Source: a virus
Taxonomy: Duplodnaviria > Caudoviricetes
Reading direction: 5' to 3' (one strand)
IMG/VR virus record: IMGVR_UViG_3300015360_000159
Location: 1 to 28,058 of that record
DNA: 28,058 bases
Shown piece after piece: positions 8,312-17,482 of this stretch (position 1 is the first letter of the stretch; the number at the start of each line of letters is the position of its first letter). The notes beneath the pieces were generated by a model that saw only the letters and a list, made by a program, of their open reading frames with translations, was not told where the DNA came from and did not search any database. The position numbers and the translations under genes were made by a program.

Positions 8312-9517
8312 TCAGATCACAAAGGAGTTGGGGCGCCAGCATTCGATCTCAGTCGTGGCGCCTTGGCCTGCGGAATATTTGAAGGTTCTAGATTCGATCC
8401 AGAGGTCTTCGTTGACGCCGAGGATCGAATCGGAGACTCGGACCATGGTGTCAATCGCCCAGAGCGCCCCGCTGTGCGGGTCCTGGTGGCCTAGGAGCGT
8501 GGCGGAGTAGCGCAGCGTGTCCTTGAGCCTGGAGCTGATGGCGCGCCTTGCTGCTCGCTCTAGCTGCTCCTGCGTTCGGCTTTCCTCGTCTCGGAGGTAC
8601 AGCAGCCGATAGAGTTGAGACGGCGGTAGCGGGCCAATGCCCGGCTCTGGCTTGCGGCGGCCTGGCACCGAGTGTGCGCCCAGGATGCGACCCATCTCGT
8701 CACTGAATGCGGAGGCCAGAATCGACATATCAAAATGCTTGACTACGTCCTTTTTTGCCTGGCCGCTTTCGCCAGTTTTGGCGTTCATTAACGTGTAGGT
8801 CGGGAAGCTTGAGTAATCCCGCGTGACCCGCGCATCCAAGATATTGTTGGCAACGCTCTTGTCTGGGTCGTCCGTGCGTTGGAGCTCGTAGAGAGGTGTC
8901 TGTGAGTAGCTAGGCGCGGCGAGCACTAGCGTTGTGCGGTTGTTGCCCGGCTGAATGGTCACGCCGAAGCGAGCGCAGAGTCGATTGCAAAACTCGTAGA
9001 TACCCTCGCCGGGCTTGGGTTTCAAATCCTCAACCGTCAGCGCCTTAATGCCGCTGTCCCCGCTGCTCTTCTTGCCCTTCACGCCGCAGCGGATTTCCCG
9101 CATCGCTATGTCGTCGTCGCTGATGATCGAATCGATGCCGACCGGCAACGCCGCTAGCGTAATGGCCTCAAAGAGCGACATCCCCTGAGTGATTTTCAGG
9201 GTTGGATCAACGTTGCACTCAACCAGATCTGAAACGAAGTCGCGACCTCGGAACGTGACCGCGGACCCGTTGCCACCAATCTCGGATTGGTCGATTCGCC
9301 CGATCACTTGACTGTTACCGTTGAGCAGAAGCTCGACCGGCTCAAGCTCGAGGTCTTGAAGTTTGGTGCGATCCTCCGCGTAGGTTGTGAACTCAAACCC
9401 ATCGGTTGAGGTCAGGAACGACGACTGGAGGGAGTATTCGGTGATGTTGGTGAGGGCGCGTCCGCTTGTCTCCAGTTTCACCAGGAGCTGCGGGTCTGTC
9501 TCGTCAGGCTGAGCCAC
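8312..9517 (-). CDS. Baseplate hub protein (Mu gp44/gpP, T4 gp27-like)
   Basis: Motifs 'YSLQSSFLTSTDGFEFT', 'VIGRID', 'GRDFVSDLVECNVDP', 'PKPGEGIYEF' and 'LWAIDTMVRVSDSILGVNEDLWIESRTF'. Start re-set to GTG 9517. Confidence 0.85.
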   Translation of the reverse strand: MAQPDETDPQLLVKLETSGRALTNITEYSLQSSFLTSTDGFEFTTYAEDRTKLQDLELEPVELLLNGNSQVIGRIDQSEIGGNGSAVTFRGRDFVSDLVECNVDPTLKITQGMSLFEAITLAALPVGIDSIISDDDIAMREIRCGVKGKKSSGDSGIKALTVEDLKPKPGEGIYEFCNRLCARFGVTIQPGNNRTTLVLAAPSYSQTPLYELQRTDDPDKSVANNILDARVTRDYSSFPTYTLMNAKTGESGQAKKDVVKHFDMSILASAFSDEMGRILGAHSVPGRRKPEPGIGPLPPSQLYRLLYLRDEESRTQEQLERAARRAISSRLKDTLRYSATLLGHQDPHSGALWAIDTMVRVSDSILGVNEDLWIESRTFKYSAGQGATTEIECWRPNSFVI

Positions 9518-10412
9518 CGGTGTTGCTCTCGTAAATGTTGACCGGGGTGTTCGCCTTGACGCCCGGTGTGCGGGCAAAAAGCGGGTTGAGTTGCATGAGC
9601 TCAACCACGGTCATACCGAAGTTGTTGGCGACCTCGGAGACCGTTTGCGCGTAGCGGAGCGTTACCGTGACCACCTTGCGCTGAGGGTCTTTGAGGCGCT
9701 CTTTGAGCTGATAGGCTGAGTCGCGCGTGCGCCTGGATGCCCGTCGAAGCTCCCACGTTTGCGGGTTCTCCAGACGATCGATGGTCTGCTCCAGGTCCTC
9801 GCAGCGCGCAGCGGTGTCATCGAGCGTTGCCGACAGCTTGTTGCCCTGCTGCTCCACCTGGCGACCAAGGCCACTGATGGCTGCGATGGGATTGACTAGC
9901 GGCTCGGGTGGCGCCTCTTGCTCCCAATCAATCTTTTCAACCTCTTCATCGAGCCCTCGCGTGTCGGCCTCTAGGCCCTTGATCGAGAGCGCGGAGAAAT
10001 CATCCAGCGCTAACACACCAATCACAGGCGCGTGAACGAACTCGACTTGAATGTCATCACCGTCGCGCCTGTTGACATCTGATGTCGCGCTGAAGCTTAC
10101 ACACTTGGCATCGAAGAACCCGAGAACCGGATCCCACAACTGGCCGCGTGAACGGTCGCGGCATGCGTCAATAAACTTGGGCATCGTCTCGGTGAAGAGA
10201 TTTAGGTATGGCCCAGTGTCAATTCCCTGACGAAACGGGATTGTGTAGCTAAACGTCCAGTTCTTGGCGCCGGTCGAGTCGATGAACTCGCCATCTTTGT
10301 ACTGAAACTTATGCCGCGCGTCCTCATGGGCGAACGAAACCGAGCGCGCCGTGATGGGCAGCACGAGGTCTCGCCACTTGAGTGGGTCCAGAAGCTTGAA
10401 AACGTCGGTCAT
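9504..10412 (-). CDS. Mu gpN-like DNA circularization/tail tube initiator protein with C-terminal LysM-like domain
   Basis: N-terminal 'HKFQYKDGEFIDSTGAK' and 'GQLWDPVLG' resemble DNA_circ_N. C-terminal 'QTVSEVANNFGMTVVELMQLNP' is LysM-like. Follows the tape measure gene. Confidence 0.8.
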   Translation of the reverse strand: MTDVFKLLDPLKWRDLVLPITARSVSFAHEDARHKFQYKDGEFIDSTGAKNWTFSYTIPFRQGIDTGPYLNLFTETMPKFIDACRDRSRGQLWDPVLGFFDAKCVSFSATSDVNRRDGDDIQVEFVHAPVIGVLALDDFSALSIKGLEADTRGLDEEVEKIDWEQEAPPEPLVNPIAAISGLGRQVEQQGNKLSATLDDTAARCEDLEQTIDRLENPQTWELRRASRRTRDSAYQLKERLKDPQRKVVTVTLRYAQTVSEVANNFGMTVVELMQLNPLFARTPGVKANTPVNIYESNTGGSA

Positions 10413-10423
10413 TTGCTAGGGGC

Positions 10424-12781
10424 TCACTTGACCGGGTTCGTCGGCTGGTTGCTGCGGTTAATCGCGTTTGCCGCCATCTTGGACGCGCTGGTCTGCATGT
10501 CACCCGCGGCCTTCGCGGCCAGTTCAAGAATCTTCTGAATTTGAGCTGCGTCTGCGATGTCATTGGACCGGCGTTGTTCTTGTTCGGGCACCGTGAAGGC
10601 GGAGCTGATGCCTGGGCCCGATCCAGTAACCGAGTTCTTGAGCAGCTCCGAAATGCCCGGGGTTGGCATCTTGAGAAACGCGCTCATCAGAAGTTGACCA
10701 AGCCCAGCCGTGGTTGGTGTCGCGCCACTGGCGGTGAGTGCGCTTTTCGTGGTTTGTAGCTCCTTGTGTGTCGCGTCGGTCAACCCGCCGTCGCGCATCT
10801 CGCTAATCGCCCTGCCTTGGAGGTTCGCCGCGTTGACCGTGCGGCGAACGTTCTCCTTCTGCATGCTGGCCTTCTCGTTGAACAGAATGTCGATTGCCGC
10901 TGTGCCGATCTCGAAAGTTGCGGCGGCGATCCCGATTATGCCAAGGCTCTTTCCCAGGGAAGTGGCGACCGTTTTAGCAAGAACCTCGCTCAGTTTGGCG
11001 CCGGCAATGTCCGCAGTAATCTTGGCGCCCACGATTGCCCCGAGACCCTTGAGCGGATTGTCGATGAGGTATTCCGCCACCTTCGCTGCGCCCGCTGCAA
11101 ATTTCGTCATCGGCTCAATGAGCTCCACGAACTTCGGGATCAGCTTCGTGATGGCCGGCAGCATCTGCGTTCCCATGGCTGCGTTGAATTTCTTCATCGC
11201 CTCCTTGAACTGCATGTCGCTGTCTTCCATGCGGGAGCCAACGCGCTCGTTGATGTCCTCCTGCGAAAGATTGGCGCCGGCGAACTCTTGAAACTTCGCC
11301 ATCACTGCGGCTTTGCCAGAGCCTTTTTCTTTTTTCTCGGCTTCGCCGTATGTGCCAGTGAATCCCTTGAGCACCTTGCGCGATTCCATTCCGAGCAAGC
11401 CCGAGGTTTTCTCTACGTCGCCGCCGGTCTTGTCGAGCACGTCCGCGATGATCTCCATCGGGTTGCGCAGCTTCGTTGGATCAGCCGTGCTCTTGATGTT
11501 GACCCCGAGGGCCTTGAACTTTTTCTTGTTCGTGACGATGTCTGAGCCGAGGCGCGCGACGCTTGTTGCTGCGTCTTCCGCGCTTGACGAGCCGCCCGCG
11601 GCTTTCGAGACTTGGGCGAATGCGCCCACCATCTTGAGCAGCTCAGGCGCGCCGCCTTCGAAGTCGCGAGTGGCGCCGCCGAGCTTCCCGAACTGCGTGG
11701 CTAAGTCTCGGATCTCAACCGCGCCCATCGAGCCCTGTTGAGCGAGCGTGCGCATCACGTCGCCCATCTGCTTCATGCGCTCGACCGGATCGGAGATTTG
11801 ATCCTTCAGCACGTTGAAAACTTCGCCCGCAGTTGCGCCCATCTCACCTAGATCGGTGCCGGTAGCAATCGAGAGATCACTCAGCTGGCCAATCATCTGG
11901 CGAGCCGTACTCATGTCGCCGGTCTTGGTGTAGAACTCACCCATCCCCGAGAGAGCTTCCGCGCCGGTGGCGCCTCGGACGCTCCTAGCCTCCTTGAGCA
12001 GCTGGCCTTTCTGCTCAGGCGTGCCTGCCTGATTCGCTAGGTCGCTCGCCTGCGCGGCCTCGCTCTGCTGCGCGCTAAGCGCGCCGGCCAGGGCAAAGCC
12101 CCCGCCGATGCTCAAAGCAGCGCCAGCGAGGCGCCCAACGCCGCCGACGGCCCCTGTCACGGATGATCCGACGGCCCGCCCGGTCTTGATGGACGCTCGC
12201 TCGCGGGCCTTCCATGCCTGGTCGGCCGCACGTGCGCGGACCTTGAGCTCCTGAGCAGCTGCCCTAGCGGCTCTAGCATCGGACGAGATCCGGGCGCTCT
12301 CAATGCGCCGGATCGCTGACAGCTCTGCGCGCTCGGCGGACTGGACCCGCTGGAACGCCATCTTCTGCCCGGATAGCTGCGCCTTGGCATCGGCGCGCAT
12401 CTTTTCAATCGCGATCTTGCTGGTGAACGCCTTCTCCTGAGCCACACCGGATAACCGCGCGGCTTTAGCCCGGTTGATTGCCGATAGCTCGGAGCGCTCA
12501 ACCGTCTCGACTCGCTTGAGTTGCGACTTCTGGATCGCGAGGTTGGCCTTTGTCTCAGCGCGAAGACGGTCTACGGCGACCTTGTTCGCAAACGCGGTTT
12601 CTTGATTCGCAGCACTGCCGGCACTGCCGCCGCCCGCTCCTCGTCCAGGCGCTCTCCCTGACTGCCCCAGCGTCCTAGCGATGCGCTGATTGTGGACGGC
12701 AACACGGCGCTCAATACCCGCGAGGGCTCGCTCAACCGTGTTCGCGTTTACAACGCGGAAGTCCCATTCAAGTGTCGCCAA
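10424..12781 (-). CDS. Tail tape measure protein
   Basis: 785 aa, Ala/Gly/Lys-rich and helical, with TMP core 'LAQQGSMGAVEIRDLA' and 'FKALGVNIK...LRNPMEIIADVL'. Longest tail gene, located after the chaperone. Confidence 0.92.
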   Translation of the reverse strand: MATLEWDFRVVNANTVERALAGIERRVAVHNQRIARTLGQSGRAPGRGAGGGSAGSAANQETAFANKVAVDRLRAETKANLAIQKSQLKRVETVERSELSAINRAKAARLSGVAQEKAFTSKIAIEKMRADAKAQLSGQKMAFQRVQSAERAELSAIRRIESARISSDARAARAAAQELKVRARAADQAWKARERASIKTGRAVGSSVTGAVGGVGRLAGAALSIGGGFALAGALSAQQSEAAQASDLANQAGTPEQKGQLLKEARSVRGATGAEALSGMGEFYTKTGDMSTARQMIGQLSDLSIATGTDLGEMGATAGEVFNVLKDQISDPVERMKQMGDVMRTLAQQGSMGAVEIRDLATQFGKLGGATRDFEGGAPELLKMVGAFAQVSKAAGGSSSAEDAATSVARLGSDIVTNKKKFKALGVNIKSTADPTKLRNPMEIIADVLDKTGGDVEKTSGLLGMESRKVLKGFTGTYGEAEKKEKGSGKAAVMAKFQEFAGANLSQEDINERVGSRMEDSDMQFKEAMKKFNAAMGTQMLPAITKLIPKFVELIEPMTKFAAGAAKVAEYLIDNPLKGLGAIVGAKITADIAGAKLSEVLAKTVATSLGKSLGIIGIAAATFEIGTAAIDILFNEKASMQKENVRRTVNAANLQGRAISEMRDGGLTDATHKELQTTKSALTASGATPTTAGLGQLLMSAFLKMPTPGISELLKNSVTGSGPGISSAFTVPEQEQRRSNDIADAAQIQKILELAAKAAGDMQTSASKMAANAINRSNQPTNPVK

Positions 12782-12792
12782 GGTCTAAAGTT

Positions 12793-13554
12793 TTACTTTC
12801 GCATTTCAAGCGCGCGGCGCATTGCCTCGTCGGCGTCAATCGCTTCGTAAAGGTCGCGCGTTTCAGAGCTTTCCGAAGAAGTTTGTGTGCTGCTCTCTTG
12901 CGGCTCGCCATAGAAGCCAGTGCCCATAGAGTAGGTCTCTAACTTCAACACCAAAGAATCTGGCAAGGTCGAGAGTTGGGATCCCAGGATGTGGGACAGC
13001 GTATAGGCCCTCCTTGCCAGCATGTAGGCTAACTGCACCAACTGAGGCAAGGTAAGCTGTCCTAAAGGGTGCTCGGAGCCGCCCTCCTCAAGACGCTTTA
13101 TCCAGAGATTGAGATCGGCCTCTGACTCAATGGTCTTTTCGTAAGGGCCGTACTTGTGCTGAATTGTGATGTAATGGTTGAACAACACCGCAAGCTCATC
13201 AGCGGTCAAGCTGTCGAGTTGCCTGGCGTCCGCGAAGATGCGCCGATAGATTGGTGGCTCAATGTCCGCGACGGGCTCGGCCTCGAAGCAGGCCATGGCG
13301 AGCAGCTCCTTGGCCACTTGGTCGCCCATAACTTCGCGCATCACGGGGGAATCGCCCGCGTCCTTGAACTTCTTGTCAGCCCAGATTCTGGCGCGGTCGT
13401 GGTCCTCCATATTGAGAACTTGGATGCGCACACGGCCAACCGCGTTTCCCATCTCGTCGCTTCGGGGGAAGTCGACGACGTCACTAGGGCGCGGCGTCTC
13501 TTGGAGTTTGAGCCAAAGCGCGCTGGCGCTTACGTTCTTCGGTGGTCCGGACAT
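12793..13554 (-). CDS. Tail assembly chaperone (putative)
   Basis: 253 aa, acidic and helical, located between tube and tape measure, with 'QLDSLTADELAVLFNHY'. Confidence 0.7.
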   Translation of the reverse strand: MSGPPKNVSASALWLKLQETPRPSDVVDFPRSDEMGNAVGRVRIQVLNMEDHDRARIWADKKFKDAGDSPVMREVMGDQVAKELLAMACFEAEPVADIEPPIYRRIFADARQLDSLTADELAVLFNHYITIQHKYGPYEKTIESEADLNLWIKRLEEGGSEHPLGQLTLPQLVQLAYMLARRAYTLSHILGSQLSTLPDSLVLKLETYSMGTGFYGEPQESSTQTSSESSETRDLYEAIDADEAMRRALEMRK

Positions 13555-13559
13555 TTAAC

Positions 13560-13612
13560 AAAAAAGGCCACGAGCCAAGCATCATGAGAGGGCGATGCTC
13601 GGCAGGTGACCT
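13560..13612 (-). terminator. Intrinsic terminator-like hairpin between tube and chaperone genes
   Basis: Minus strand AGGTCAC-CT-GCCGAGCATCG-loop-TGATGCTTGGC-TC-GTGGCCT gives about 18 bp of stem including G-U pairs, running into a T6 tract. Confidence 0.6.
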
Positions 13613-13669
13613 ACCTAAATGGACGCGCAAGCTGGAGCCCTCCAAAGCTCGCGTGTCAGTTGTGGTTGC

Positions 13670-14044
13670 TTACTCGATTGATTTCTTTTGCCCGACCCAG
13701 CTCAGCGAACCCTCGCTGCTCGCGTTGGTGCTCTGACTCATGTCGACGCTCAGGATCTTGCCGCGCCCGATGTAGCTTAGCCGGCCGATACCGACCTGAA
13801 ACGTGACGTATTTGCCAAGGTCGCAGTCTTGCTGAAAGTTGGCTTCGGGGCCGCCGATGGGGATTACGAAACCGAGCTCAATCGAGACGTCGCCCGAGCC
13901 AGGCGTAAAGCCGCCCAAGCCTTCGTTGAGCAGGTCGACGCGCTGCTGGCCGCTGTTCATGGTCATCTTGACCGAGGTGATTTGGATGAGCTTGGTCCCG
14001 TTATAAAATACCGGGATCTTCGCGTAGTCTTGCAGAGTAGCCAT
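13670..14044 (-). CDS. Tail tube protein (contractile tail)
   Basis: 124 aa, beta-rich, immediately after the sheath gene, with 'GLGGFTPGSGDVSIELGFVIP'. Confidence 0.8.
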   Translation of the reverse strand: MATLQDYAKIPVFYNGTKLIQITSVKMTMNSGQQRVDLLNEGLGGFTPGSGDVSIELGFVIPIGGPEANFQQDCDLGKYVTFQVGIGRLSYIGRGKILSVDMSQSTNASSEGSLSWVGQKKSIE

Positions 14045-14098
14045 AGAAAAAACGCCCTAAGTGGGGATGTTGGATTCAATACTTGAGAGCCGCGGACG

Positions 14099-15652
14099 TT
14101 AGCCGGGCGAGACTTCGGCGATCCGGAACGTGCCCTGATGCAGGTGGTCGATGACGCGGATGTCCAGAGCGAACTCGACGCGGCCGGAGTTGTTCGGATC
14201 ACGCACGGCTCGAATCGAGAGCTTCATGCCCGCGGCGTCTTGCATCTTGCCGGCAGCTACAAAGGTATCTATTTCGTTGCGGAGGAATGGCTTGAGCAGC
14301 TCGGGTGTGATGACGCCCGGTGGCAGGTCTGGCGCCGGGTCCAGCTTGCCATCGCTCAAGAACACGTCGGAAGCCAGCTTGGCGTCTCCGTAGTTGAGCG
14401 CGAAGTTGGCCAACACTTGGTCCGCAAACTCGTCCGCAACGCTGATGCGGTGCTGCTCGGTGGCGCGGAAGTCCGCCACGGTGCCAGCGCTGTTTTTGCT
14501 CCGCGTATCGAGCAGCATCACGATGTACGAGCCCGAGCCGTCGCTCGCGATGGCCGTGATGCCCGAGTTGATTGCGTCGCTCATATCGTTGTGAGTGAGG
14601 TAATCAGCCGCGGCAAACACCGGCTTGATGAGCCAGTCTGCGCGTCGGTAGCTGTCGAACTTGAACGACGAATCGACGCCCTGGCGAAGTTGCATAACAG
14701 CCGCGAGATTGCCCGCAAGCTCTGCCGGATCGTGTTCCGAGTTGCGTTGCCAGGCGAGCACAAGTCGCTCGTAATTACGCGACGTGGAGAGTGTTTGGGT
14801 TGCCGCCAGAGCACCGTTGCAGCCGCAGATACCGACGCTTCGCAAACCGGGGGTTGGTAGGCTCTTGGCGTTGAGGTGCGTGACCAGATTAGTCAGGCCG
14901 GCTGCGATCCATGTGCTGGTCGCGATGTAATATTTTCGCACAGCGTCAAGGGACGCGAGCGCAGTTGCGAGCTGTGCGGCCTCGGTCGTGGTGCCTTCAA
15001 TGCCGATATTGGCCGACGCCCCAATGCCGAGCCCCGCGCCCGCTGTGGCCACGGTGGTGGTTATGCCCGCCGTAATCGTCGCCCGGTACCGAACGGAAGC
15101 CGTGGCGCCGTCACCATGACTGGTCCCCGCGACGCGTGCAGTCATGGTGACAAGAGCATTTCCGGCCGCCGTTACCGGAAGATGCTCAGAGGCGTTGATG
15201 GCCGCGATGACGTTTGCGCCGATGGCGGCTGCCGTATCGCCTGAGCGAATACCGACAGAAATCTCCTCTCCGCATATCGTCACGGTAGTGGAGCCGGAGG
15301 CGCTTGCGGTCCCTGCGTATGTGATGCCACCGGTAGCCCCGGAAGGACTGCCGCCGGTCGTCGCGTCCATCCCGAGATACCAGAGCCTTGCGCTTTTGTT
15401 GGCCTTCAGAAAGATGCGCCCGGCGCGGTGTCCGGGGGAGCCGACGCCGCAATAGGTGCGCAGATCTTGTTCGTTACCAATAGAGTAAAGCGAGCCTGCT
15501 ACAGCGGTGCCCGCGCTCGTCTTGGGCATGACGATGACGACCTCACGCGCGCCAAGCGCCGAGCTAGTAGCGCCTTGAGCAAAGAGAATCTCGGCGTATC
15601 CGCCAGGCACACGGTTGGAGCTCGGAAGCCCCGTGATAGGAATTAGAGCCAC
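14099..15652 (-). CDS. Tail sheath protein (Mu gpL-like)
   Basis: 517 aa. N-terminal 'LPSSNRVPGGYAEI', 'YCGVGSPGHRAG', 'ATGGITYAGTASASG', and C-terminal 'RDPNNSGRVEFALDIRVIDHLHQ' are Mu-type sheath hallmarks. Confidence 0.92.
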   Translation of the reverse strand: MALIPITGLPSSNRVPGGYAEILFAQGATSSALGAREVVIVMPKTSAGTAVAGSLYSIGNEQDLRTYCGVGSPGHRAGRIFLKANKSARLWYLGMDATTGGSPSGATGGITYAGTASASGSTTVTICGEEISVGIRSGDTAAAIGANVIAAINASEHLPVTAAGNALVTMTARVAGTSHGDGATASVRYRATITAGITTTVATAGAGLGIGASANIGIEGTTTEAAQLATALASLDAVRKYYIATSTWIAAGLTNLVTHLNAKSLPTPGLRSVGICGCNGALAATQTLSTSRNYERLVLAWQRNSEHDPAELAGNLAAVMQLRQGVDSSFKFDSYRRADWLIKPVFAAADYLTHNDMSDAINSGITAIASDGSGSYIVMLLDTRSKNSAGTVADFRATEQHRISVADEFADQVLANFALNYGDAKLASDVFLSDGKLDPAPDLPPGVITPELLKPFLRNEIDTFVAAGKMQDAAGMKLSIRAVRDPNNSGRVEFALDIRVIDHLHQGTFRIAEVSPG

Positions 15653-15658
15653 TGGTTA

Positions 15659-16006
15659 TTACTCCTTCGACTTCGAGGCCGAAACGGTGAGGGCGGGTTT
15701 GGTGGGCGCGGCGATCCATTCGCCGTCCTGGAAATCAACAGGCGTGAACTCAACGCTGCAAGCGTCCGCCGTGTGCTTGTCGGCAGGCCAAAGCGAGGCA
15801 TCTCGACGGCAGCGAATCTTCAGCACGTGTGCCTCCGCGCTTGTCTCTTCGCACTCGTGCGCGTCTTTCGATGCGGGGAACGAGGCGGCGCCGTCCACAA
15901 CAACATATGCGCGCCCAACGTATCGAGGCGGATTGCCGACGAAAAGCGCCTGGTCCGGAACCAGCTCTAGGAGGTCCGCGCGTGCGTAGAATTTGAGTTT
16001 TGCCAT
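15659..16006 (-). CDS. Hypothetical protein (pre-sheath position)
   Basis: Start re-set to ATG 16006 (MAKLKFYARA), just after the upstream stop at 16012. Fills the gap to the sheath gene. Confidence 0.7.
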   Translation of the reverse strand: MAKLKFYARADLLELVPDQALFVGNPPRYVGRAYVVVDGAASFPASKDAHECEETSAEAHVLKIRCRRDASLWPADKHTADACSVEFTPVDFQDGEWIAAPTKPALTVSASKSKE

Positions 16007-16011
16007 TGGGA

Positions 16012-16467
16012 TTAGAATTCCTTCGCGAGCCTTCCGGCCCGTTCTGTCATGTCTTGAATCGAGAAGCGGTAAGCGGCGTTTGTCGCGTTCCACAGGAAGT
16101 GAGTAGGCTTGGTGCCCGGGTGCTTGACGGAGCGCCGGAAGACGAGAGCGCCCGATCTGCCGCGGAAGACCAGAAACTTGGACTTGCGTGCCCGGATGAT
16201 GTGCGGCCTGGTGCCGAACTCGACGAAACTCGCGTAACGCTTGGGAGACTTGATGCTCACCACTCGACCGCGGGCAGTTCGAACAACGCGCGTTTCGGTC
16301 GTGTTTTTGAGGCTTCTGACTGACCGCTGCTTGAACTTCGAGTATCTCCGAACGTGCTGCTCGGCGAGCTCGGTCGACCGCTCTAGCGATAGGTCAAGAG
16401 CCCGAGTGAGGCGCTGAACGAAGTGCTTGTGCTGCTTGACAAGCCCGCGGATGTTGATCGCGTCCAC
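16012..16467 (-). CDS. Neck/tail completion protein, HK97 gp10-like
   Basis: Basic protein with 'YASFVEFGTRPHII...VKHPGTKPTHFL'. Start re-set to GTG 16467, overlapping the upstream TAG (TAGTG). Confidence 0.85.
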   Translation of the reverse strand: MDAINIRGLVKQHKHFVQRLTRALDLSLERSTELAEQHVRRYSKFKQRSVRSLKNTTETRVVRTARGRVVSIKSPKRYASFVEFGTRPHIIRARKSKFLVFRGRSGALVFRRSVKHPGTKPTHFLWNATNAAYRFSIQDMTERAGRLAKEF

Positions 16468-16739
16468 TAGTCTTCCTGTTGACTCAATTGGTGCTGAAGC
16501 TTGGTGAGCGCGCCTAGAAGCGAGAGCGCTCGGCTGCCCGTGTGGCACGATGTCGAGTAAGTGTCGTCGGGGTGCAGAATGACGATCGCGTAGGCGCGCA
16601 TGCCGTCCTTTGCGATTAGCCCCGCCTGCATTTTGAGCGACTTGGCCCACGCCTTATCCATGTCGCGGTCTCGACAATCGATGACAGCCAGGCCCGGCTT
16701 TTTAGGCTTGTTTTTGAGCTTGGAAGTGGTGGTTGTCAT
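16467..16739 (-). CDS. Small hypothetical protein
   Basis: 90 aa, coupled on both sides (ATGA at the start, TAGTG at the end). Confidence 0.65.
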   Translation of the reverse strand: MTTTTSKLKNKPKKPGLAVIDCRDRDMDKAWAKSLKMQAGLIAKDGMRAYAIVILHPDDTYSTSCHTGSRALSLLGALTKLQHQLSQQED

Positions 16740-17482
16740 TGGATCGGCGCGTCCGTGTCCGCGTAGATGAGCGAGGGGATAACGCCGTCAGTGCCGCCAA
16801 CGCCAAAGTCGAAGCGAGCGCCTGCTAGGTCGGGGAACGAGCCGTCGATGTGGTGTTCGAGCTCCACCGTCTCGATAGTCATCGTGCACGCCGCGTAGGC
16901 CGGTGATGCTTCATCGCTGGCAAACTTGGCGGTGCCTGACTCGTGCCGCATGAGGCGGATTGAGCTGAGCGCACCAACGCCAGTGGTGGGCCCAAACTGC
17001 GAAGCGCCTGCGAGGTAAGCCTTGTGTCCGCGATGCCGGATGACGCTGGAGACAATCGTCGGAACGAATGTCAGCGCGGCCCAGACCCGGTGGAGATGGT
17101 CGACGCGGAGCGCGTCCAGAAAATAATTGAGCTCCCATTGCTGAGTGCGCTTTTCGATCCAAAGCGTGTGTTCGGCGTACTCCGCGGGCCCCGAGCGATG
17201 GAGCGACAGGAGCGGAAACGCTGGCTTGCGTTCGCTGAAAACCTTGGAGCTTGGCTCTAGCGGCAGCGTGTCCTGTACCGGGCTCTTGCCAGCCATCGGG
17301 GTGCCGTCCGCCGCCTGCCCCCAGGCCTGGGCGAGCTCGTCATTGATGGCCGCCTTAAACAGCGCCAGGAGCGCGTCTAGCGCCGGGTCCGGAATAACTC
17401 CGGTCGGTGTGACCGAAGCGCCGTCTAGGGGCAGCTGGATAGCGCCGATGCGCTTGTAGACTGAGTTTTGCGAGACCGTCAC
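16736..17482 (-). CDS. Putative tail terminator/completion protein
   Basis: 248 aa in the neck module. 'PAFPLLSLHRSG' and the alternating beta pattern resemble tail terminators. GTGA coupling. Confidence 0.55.
   Translation of the reverse strand: MTVSQNSVYKRIGAIQLPLDGASVTPTGVIPDPALDALLALFKAAINDELAQAWGQAADGTPMAGKSPVQDTLPLEPSSKVFSERKPAFPLLSLHRSGPAEYAEHTLWIEKRTQQWELNYFLDALRVDHLHRVWAALTFVPTIVSSVIRHRGHKAYLAGASQFGPTTGVGALSSIRLMRHESGTAKFASDEASPAYAACTMTIETVELEHHIDGSFPDLAGARFDFGVGGTDGVIPSLIYADTDAPIQ

Noticed and set aside
11323-11338. A-rich run in the tape measure gene as a possible frameshift site
   Set aside because: It reads GAG AAA AAA GAA AAA in frame (EKKEK), which is not a properly phased XXXYYYZ heptamer, and no alternative ORF follows.
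14045-14098. Possible terminator between sheath and tube (T-tract before the tube ATG)
   Set aside because: Only a weak stem of about 3-4 bp precedes the T run.
5447-15652. Tailocin or extracellular contractile injection system interpretation
   Set aside because: Terminase, portal, scaffold and capsid genes are present in the same operon, so this is a phage.
2573-16650. Long N-terminal extensions given by the track for 2573..3538, 6943..7509, 8312..9604, 15659..16093 and 16012..16650
   Set aside because: The extensions overlap upstream genes and look non-coding. Coupled downstream starts fit better.
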